A DNA stretch of 20,650 nt from Candidatus Heimdallarchaeota archaeon B3_Heim (GTDB lineage: Archaea; Asgardarchaeota; Heimdallarchaeia; Hodarchaeales; Hodarchaeaceae): assembly GCA_003144275.1 (NCBI GenBank), contig NJBF01000051.1, positions 1 through 20,650 of the forward strand, written 5' to 3'. The stretch's first letter is position 1. Each line of letters begins with the position of its first letter. A program made the position numbers and the translations under genes. Shown here in pieces: positions 15,537-20,650 of this stretch. A model generated the notes under the pieces. The model ran no database searches and was not told where the DNA came from. It was given only the letters and a program-made list of their open reading frames with translations.

Positions 15537-17360
15537 ATGATTTCTGATAATAGTTCTTCTTCTAAAGATACTTTACACAACGATGGATATGATAGATTTA
15601 GCTTGCGGTGGGGTGGTGCTGCTGGGGATGGATTGTGGTATATTGGGATATTACTTCAGAAGTATTTCAATCGCCTTGGTTATTATGTTCAGGGCTTCCC
15701 AGGGACACAAAGCACTATCCGTGGTGGACATGTTTGGCAACACATTGAATTTTCAACACAAAAGTTCGGAAGCTTTGATAGTCAGCTAGATCTCTTAATT
15801 GCTTTTAATTCAGTTACTCTTGATGTTCATCTACATCATCTCAAAAAACATGGGTGTCTTATTTATAATTCTGATATGAAGAATAATAACGATTATAAAG
15901 AAGATATTGCTAGTCGAAAATTGACCGTTATAGAAATACCATTAAAAATTCTTGCAAAAGAAATTGATCCTTCAACTCCTGTTCTTGCCAATTCTTTGGC
16001 GGTCGGTGTTCTTATTGAATTCTTGGATTTAGACATAGGTGAATTTATCGCCATTTTGAAACAAAAGTATAGTGAAAGAAAAGAAATTCTGACTAAAAAT
16101 CTTATAGCTCTAGAGAACGGATGCAAATACTTCTCAGAGAATTATTCAACTAAATGTAAATGCTGTAATTCAACTGTAGAACGTAAAGACCAACTCATTA
16201 TCAGTGGAAATCATATGATTGCCTTGGGTGCTGTTGCTAGTGGATTAAAATTTCTTGCTCAATATCCTATTACTCCAGCATCATCAATATTATCTTTTCT
16301 AGCAAATCGTGCAGAAAAATATGGTGTAGTAGTTCGACAAGCTGAGGATGAACTTGCTGCTCTATCGATGTGTATTGGAGCATCATTTGCAGGAGCAAGA
16401 TCTATGACTGCTAGTTCAGGCCCAGGAATTTCATTAATGTCAGAAACTCTAGGTTATGCAGCCATGACAGAAACACCTGTAGTCATAGTAAATTCGATGA
16501 GAGCTGGACCATCAACAGGTATTCCCACTAAAATGGAGCAAGCAGATTTAATGTCAGCCATCTATATGTCGCATGGCGAATCACCTCGAGTCATATTAGC
16601 CCCTCGTAATGTCCAAGAATGTTTTGATATAACAACCCGTGCATTCAATATAGCTGAACGATATCAAGTTCCTGTCATAATATTATCTGATTTTGCTCTA
16701 AGTGAACGAACTGAAAGTGTTACTCCTTTCAATTTGGATGTAAATATTGATCGTGGGATAATATGGGAGGGAGAAACAAAAGAATATTCTAAATTTAAAC
16801 GCTACCAGTTATCTGATAATGGGATATCTCCACGTGCCTTTCCTCCTACTAAAAATGCTGAATATATACTTGTAGGAGCTGAACATGATGAATTGTCTCA
16901 TTCACTCTCAGGAAATCGATGTGGTCTTCCTTTATCTGGAAATATAAGAAAAGAGATGTTTAAAAAGCGGTTTCGTAAACTAGAGCTAATTAGAGAGCAA
17001 GAAATGAATCCACCCGAAATATATGGACCAATACAGGCTGATCATACTATTTTATGTTGGGGAAGTACTCAAGGAGCGGTTATGGAAGTCATCGATCAAC
17101 TGAATTCTGCAAAGGGAGCATCTTGGAATATGTTATCATTTTTTGATCTATTTCCTCTTCCCTATCAAAAAATCCAATCTTATTTAGACAAAATTCAGAA
17201 TTCACTCATTATTGAAGTCAATTACACAGGTCAGTTAGAAAATCTCCTTCATTCTCATCTGAATTGGAGGCCTGATGATAGAATTCATCCCTTATCTGGA
17301 GAAAATCCTACTCCTAGTTATATTTTGACCGAACTAGAGAAATTTTCAGAATACTTTTAG
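15537..17360 (+). CDS. korA: 2-oxoacid:ferredoxin oxidoreductase alpha subunit (fused gamma-alpha)
   Basis: GGAAGDG, IRGGH, YPITPAS, QAEDELAA, SSGPGISLM, MRAGPSTGIPT, EVNYTGQL. Confidence 0.88.
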   Translation: MISDNSSSSKDTLHNDGYDRFSLRWGGAAGDGLWYIGILLQKYFNRLGYYVQGFPGTQSTIRGGHVWQHIEFSTQKFGSFDSQLDLLIAFNSVTLDVHLHHLKKHGCLIYNSDMKNNNDYKEDIASRKLTVIEIPLKILAKEIDPSTPVLANSLAVGVLIEFLDLDIGEFIAILKQKYSERKEILTKNLIALENGCKYFSENYSTKCKCCNSTVERKDQLIISGNHMIALGAVASGLKFLAQYPITPASSILSFLANRAEKYGVVVRQAEDELAALSMCIGASFAGARSMTASSGPGISLMSETLGYAAMTETPVVIVNSMRAGPSTGIPTKMEQADLMSAIYMSHGESPRVILAPRNVQECFDITTRAFNIAERYQVPVIILSDFALSERTESVTPFNLDVNIDRGIIWEGETKEYSKFKRYQLSDNGISPRAFPPTKNAEYILVGAEHDELSHSLSGNRCGLPLSGNIRKEMFKKRFRKLELIREQEMNPPEIYGPIQADHTILCWGSTQGAVMEVIDQLNSAKGASWNMLSFFDLFPLPYQKIQSYLDKIQNSLIIEVNYTGQLENLLHSHLNWRPDDRIHPLSGENPTPSYILTELEKFSEYF

Positions 17361-17368
17361 ATATAAAT

Positions 17369-18262
17369 GTGAGTAAAATGGGAACAGAAAGCCAAAGATA
17401 CGATAAAAAGTTATTCAAGGCGAATTTAAAGCCTAATTGGTGTCCAGGTTGTGGTGATTATGGATTATTGTCAGCTTCAACTAAAGCTCTTTCTAAACTT
17501 AAGTTTCAGCCAAGCAATGTTGTCTTTATAAGCGGAATCGGGTGTTCAAGTTCTTTTCCACATTGGACAAATGCTTATGGTATTCACATGGTACATGGAC
17601 GGGCATTACCTACAGCGACTGGAGTGAAAATGGTTAACCCTGAACTGACAGTAATTGCCGTTGGTGGTGATGGAGATGGTTATGGCATCGGTATTGGTCA
17701 TTTCATTCATTCAGCTAGAAGAAATCTTGATATAACCTATATGGTCATGAATAATCAAATATATGGTCTTACTATGGGCCAATCTTCTCCATCATCACAA
17801 TTAGGACTTGTTACATTAACAGCTCCACAAGGTGTAGATGAACTACCAATTAATCCTCTTGCTCTATCTCTTGGAGCTGGTGCTTCATTTGTAGCAAGAG
17901 GTTTTAGTGGAGATCGCAAGCATTTACAGGTTATAATTGAGAAGGCCTTAAATCATAACGGATTTTCTTTTATAGATGTGCTCAGTCCTTGCATTACTTT
18001 TAACAAATTGAATACTTATGAATGGTTTCGTAAAAGGGTATATAAACTTGATGAGAATCATGATCAGACAGATATTGAGGCTGCTTTTGCGAAATCACAG
18101 GAGGGGAATGGTAGAATTCCTATAGGAATATTCTACAAGTCTGAAAGACCTTCATTACATGATCTTGATCCCGTAACAAAGAATAAGATCCCTGTAAAAG
18201 AACCTCTTGGATTCAAGGCGCAAGGGATTGACGTTCAAGAAGTATTTGATGATTTCAGATAG
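17369..18262 (+). CDS. korB: 2-oxoacid:ferredoxin oxidoreductase beta subunit
   Basis: WCPGCG, GIGCSS, HGRALP, TPP motif GGDGDG...NNQIYGLT, SPCITFN. Confidence 0.9.
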   Translation: MSKMGTESQRYDKKLFKANLKPNWCPGCGDYGLLSASTKALSKLKFQPSNVVFISGIGCSSSFPHWTNAYGIHMVHGRALPTATGVKMVNPELTVIAVGGDGDGYGIGIGHFIHSARRNLDITYMVMNNQIYGLTMGQSSPSSQLGLVTLTAPQGVDELPINPLALSLGAGASFVARGFSGDRKHLQVIIEKALNHNGFSFIDVLSPCITFNKLNTYEWFRKRVYKLDENHDQTDIEAAFAKSQEGNGRIPIGIFYKSERPSLHDLDPVTKNKIPVKEPLGFKAQGIDVQEVFDDFR

Positions 18263-18333
18263 TTTTCAACCATATGGAATGAATGAAAACACTTATTCCA
18301 TCAGAATTTAAATAAAATAGGAGTGATAAAATA

Positions 18334-19107
18334 ATGTACAAGAACCTAAATTTTGAAATCAAAGATGAAGGTATTGCTATAATTACATTTACGAGAGTAA
18401 AAGCACTTAATGCTATTAATAATGAAACTGTGAAAGAATTAGACCAAATCATAGGTATAATCGAAAATGATTCATCCATACGAGTCTTAGTATTCCAAGG
18501 ATCTGGTAAAGCTTTCATAGCGGGGGCTGATATAACAGAATTCAAAGGAAGAACGGTTGTTGAAACAAAAACCTTTTCTGAATTTTTACAAAATATTTAT
18601 AATCGGATTGAGAAATTACCATTGCCAATGATTGCCGCAATTAATGGTTATTGTCTTGGTGGCGGATTAGAGCTTGCAATGGCTTGTGATTTTCGAATTG
18701 CATCAACAAAAGCCATATTTGGTCAACCAGAAATAAAATTAGGATTAATCCCTGGTGCAGGAGGAACACAACGCCTTCCACGATTAATAGGAAAGACTAT
18801 GGCAAAAGAATTGATTCTTCTTGGAGAATCAATTAATGCAGAAAAAGCATTATCAATTGGACTAGTCAATACAGTCGTAGATCCTGAAAAACTGGTTATA
18901 ACTGCAATGGAATATGCTCAAAAACTAGCTAAAGGATCTCGGTTCGCGATAACCCAAGCTAAAGAAGCAATAAATCGTGGAATAGAAATGGCTTGGTTGG
19001 ACGCTTTACAAATGGAATCAAATCTTTTTGTTCGCTGTTACTCACACGAGGATTTTATTGAAGGAGTATCTGCATTTTTAGAAAAACGTACACCTAATTT
19101 CAAATGA
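18334..19107 (+). CDS. enoyl-CoA hydratase/crotonase
   Basis: AFIAGADI, both catalytic Glu motifs (LGGGLELA and FGQPEIKLGLIPGAGGTQRL), EGVSAFLEKR. GGAGTG RBS. Confidence 0.92.
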   Translation: MYKNLNFEIKDEGIAIITFTRVKALNAINNETVKELDQIIGIIENDSSIRVLVFQGSGKAFIAGADITEFKGRTVVETKTFSEFLQNIYNRIEKLPLPMIAAINGYCLGGGLELAMACDFRIASTKAIFGQPEIKLGLIPGAGGTQRLPRLIGKTMAKELILLGESINAEKALSIGLVNTVVDPEKLVITAMEYAQKLAKGSRFAITQAKEAINRGIEMAWLDALQMESNLFVRCYSHEDFIEGVSAFLEKRTPNFK

Positions 19108-19217
19108 AATATGACTGATATTGAAGAGTGTTTGCAAAAATTAGTTCCAGGGGCCGTGAATCCTGTTCCATAGTATTCAAAATTGTTAATAAGGAAAATA
19201 AATGAGAATTAATTGAT

Positions 19218-19380
19218 ATGCCTCCTACCTCCAGCCATGGCTTGATTGGTCTTCTGATAGCTGGAAAAATAAATTCAAAGTCTGGTAAGATTGGTTTTGC
19301 ATTTTTTCTTATTTTTCCTTAAATTTGACATCCTATGGTGTTGTAACTCTGTATACAATACTGATTATCTATATGAATGA
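19218..19380 (+). pseudogene. possible eroded remnant of a membrane metal-dependent hydrolase gene
   Basis: ATG 19218 gives MPPTSSHGLIGLLIAG...FAFFLIFP* (stop 19320-19322). The +1 frame continues KFDILW, resembling the N-terminal H and PDxD motifs of YdjM-like hydrolases, and then stops. Confidence 0.3.
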
Positions 19381-19539
19381 ATTCCTCCCACCAAAATGAT
19401 TATTTGTTTTTCTTTTTTCAATTCAATGGTTATAATTTAAGAGCTGGCTATAAGTCATTTCACGTGGGTTAGGTTATGAAAAGTATATGCAAGATCATAA
19501 AAATTTGGAAGAACCAATATTGGAAACGAGATTGAAAAG

Positions 19540-20406
19540 ATGGAATACGAATCAAAGAATCTCAATGCGGCAGAAAGACGCTCCCTTCCTGGGAAATTCG
19601 TTGAAATTTCTGGTGGGCAAGTTCACTATGAGTTAGAAGGACCAGAGAATGGGAAAAAAGTCATTTTGGTTCCAGGATTTACAGCTCCCTTGATTGTCTG
19701 GGATCATACCTTTAGAACACTTGTTAATTCTGGCTTCCGAGTTCTCAGATATGATCTTTTTGGTCGGGGTTTTTCTGACCGGCCGAAAGCAAAATACACA
19801 ATGGATTTTTTTGTAGATCAACTGTATAAACTGTTAGAAAGGCTCAAAATGCACGACTATGATTTATCACTTGTTGGTTTTAATTTAGGTGGAGGAATTT
19901 GTACGACATTTGCGGATCTCTATATGAATATGATTAGCAGAATTTCATTAGTTTCTCCAATCGGCTTTCCTTCTGATTCCAGTACTACTCCCTTTTATCT
20001 ACGCATACCACTACTGAATCAGCTCACAATGAGATTTTTTAGTCCTGAAATGTTGATTGAAGGCCAACAATCTGATTATCAACATCAGAATCCAAATGTG
20101 AAGGAATACATGACAAGGTATAAGGAGCAATTCCAATATAAAGGAATCATGCAAGCCCTGCGATCGACACTAAAGAGTATTTCTTTTACAAATATGGAAG
20201 ATGTGTATACCAGAGTGGGAAAGAAAATACCAATGCAGTTATTTTGGGGTGAACTTGACCAGAATCTCCCATATTCTGGTCATAACAAAGTAACCGAAGC
20301 AATACCCGAGATAGAATTTCATGGGATCACTGGAGGTGGGCATATCCCCCAATATACTCATTCAGAATTCGTAAATCCACTGTTAAAGAAATTTCTGGAG
20401 AAATGA
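19540..20406 (+). CDS. alpha/beta hydrolase fold protein with non-canonical nucleophile elbow
   Basis: YDLFGRGFSDRP, elbow GFNLGG, WGELD and C-terminal GGHIP. Confidence 0.85.
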   Translation: MEYESKNLNAAERRSLPGKFVEISGGQVHYELEGPENGKKVILVPGFTAPLIVWDHTFRTLVNSGFRVLRYDLFGRGFSDRPKAKYTMDFFVDQLYKLLERLKMHDYDLSLVGFNLGGGICTTFADLYMNMISRISLVSPIGFPSDSSTTPFYLRIPLLNQLTMRFFSPEMLIEGQQSDYQHQNPNVKEYMTRYKEQFQYKGIMQALRSTLKSISFTNMEDVYTRVGKKIPMQLFWGELDQNLPYSGHNKVTEAIPEIEFHGITGGGHIPQYTHSEFVNPLLKKFLEK

Positions 20407-20436
20407 CCAAATAACATTATTGGCGATAGTTATCAC

Positions 20437-20447
20437 TTTTTTTTTTT
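20437..20447 (+). terminator. oligo-T terminator candidate (archaeal type)
   Basis: T11 run 30 nt after the hydrolase stop, with no GC-rich hairpin in front. Confidence 0.55.
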
Positions 20448-20449
20448 GG

Positions 20450-20528
20450 CACAAGTCGTTGGTTATACAGACGTTTTGTTAACAAATTGTTAACATGTTT
20501 AATATAACCTAAAACAGAACGACTTGTG
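20450..20528. repeat. nested inverted-repeat structure enclosing a probable promoter
   Basis: CACAAGTCGTT (20450-20460) / AACGACTTGTG (20518-20528); GGTTATA (20461-20467) / TATAACC (20503-20509); two TGTTAACA palindromes (20477-20484, 20488-20495). Confidence 0.75.
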
Positions 20529-20535
20529 ATATGAA

Positions 20536-20650
20536 ATGGATGTGTTTTGCATACAAAAGCGTAAGAAAAACGCAGGGATATTTTCATTCACGCTAATCAT
20601 GTCCTTACTTCTTTCTTTTATCAGCGTTCCTAGTTTAAGTTTACACAAAA
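20536..20650 (+). CDS. 5' end of a probable secreted or membrane-anchored protein, partial
   Basis: MDVFCIQKRKKNAGIFSFTLIMSLLLSFISVPSLSLHK..., open to the window edge. A basic stretch followed by a hydrophobic stretch looks like a signal peptide. TTTAATATA box about 30 nt upstream. Confidence 0.6.
   Translation, partial: MDVFCIQKRKKNAGIFSFTLIMSLLLSFISVPSLSLHK

Noticed and set aside
16140-16180. KCKCC stretch in the KorA gamma-alpha linker as a metal site
   Set aside because: It lies in a variable linker with no standard spacing; cannot be supported without an alignment.
18334-19107. Crotonase as the cyclic dienoyl-CoA hydratase or ring-opening hydrolase of the benzoyl-CoA pathway
   Set aside because: The motifs are those of generic enoyl-CoA hydratases and the gene is 7 kb from bzd; a specific assignment is unsupported.
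216-19821. Short antisense or overlapping ORFs in the track (e.g. 216-407, 788-1045, 6601-6963, 8592-9002, 12880-13233, 18255-18545, 19633-19821)
   Set aside because: They lie opposite or within well-supported genes, have no recognisable motifs or RBS, and are expected shadow frames.

Overview
AT-rich window, probably archaeal (inferred from TATA-like boxes, an oligo-T terminator, GGAG/GGTG ribosome-binding sites, a DUF2080 gene and a SAMP/MoaD-like gene; lineage cannot be fixed from sequence alone). It is almost entirely anaerobic aromatic/acyl-CoA redox metabolism. (1) Minus-strand tungsten aldehyde oxidoreductase operon: moaD-like gene, a 48-aa CxxC..CxxC protein missing from the ORF track, aor, and a 4x[4Fe-4S] subunit. 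(2) Divergent plus-strand operon: DUF2080, GNAT, a complete Azoarcus-type class I benzoyl-CoA reductase bzdNOPQ, ferredoxin bzdM, a large BzdV-like Fe-S flavoprotein ending in a degenerate GIY-YIG-like domain, and an 89-aa CxxC protein. (3) Minus-strand module: gamma-carbonic anhydrase/PaaY-like gene, a single 2-hydroxyacyl-CoA dehydratase-family subunit, its ATP-dependent activase, and a PanE-family reductase. (4) korAB, a crotonase, a probable gene remnant, an alpha/beta hydrolase with Asn at the nucleophile position, and a nested inverted-repeat promoter before a truncated secreted-protein gene. No rRNA, tRNA, CRISPR array or transposase was seen. All family calls come from motif recognition, not database searches.
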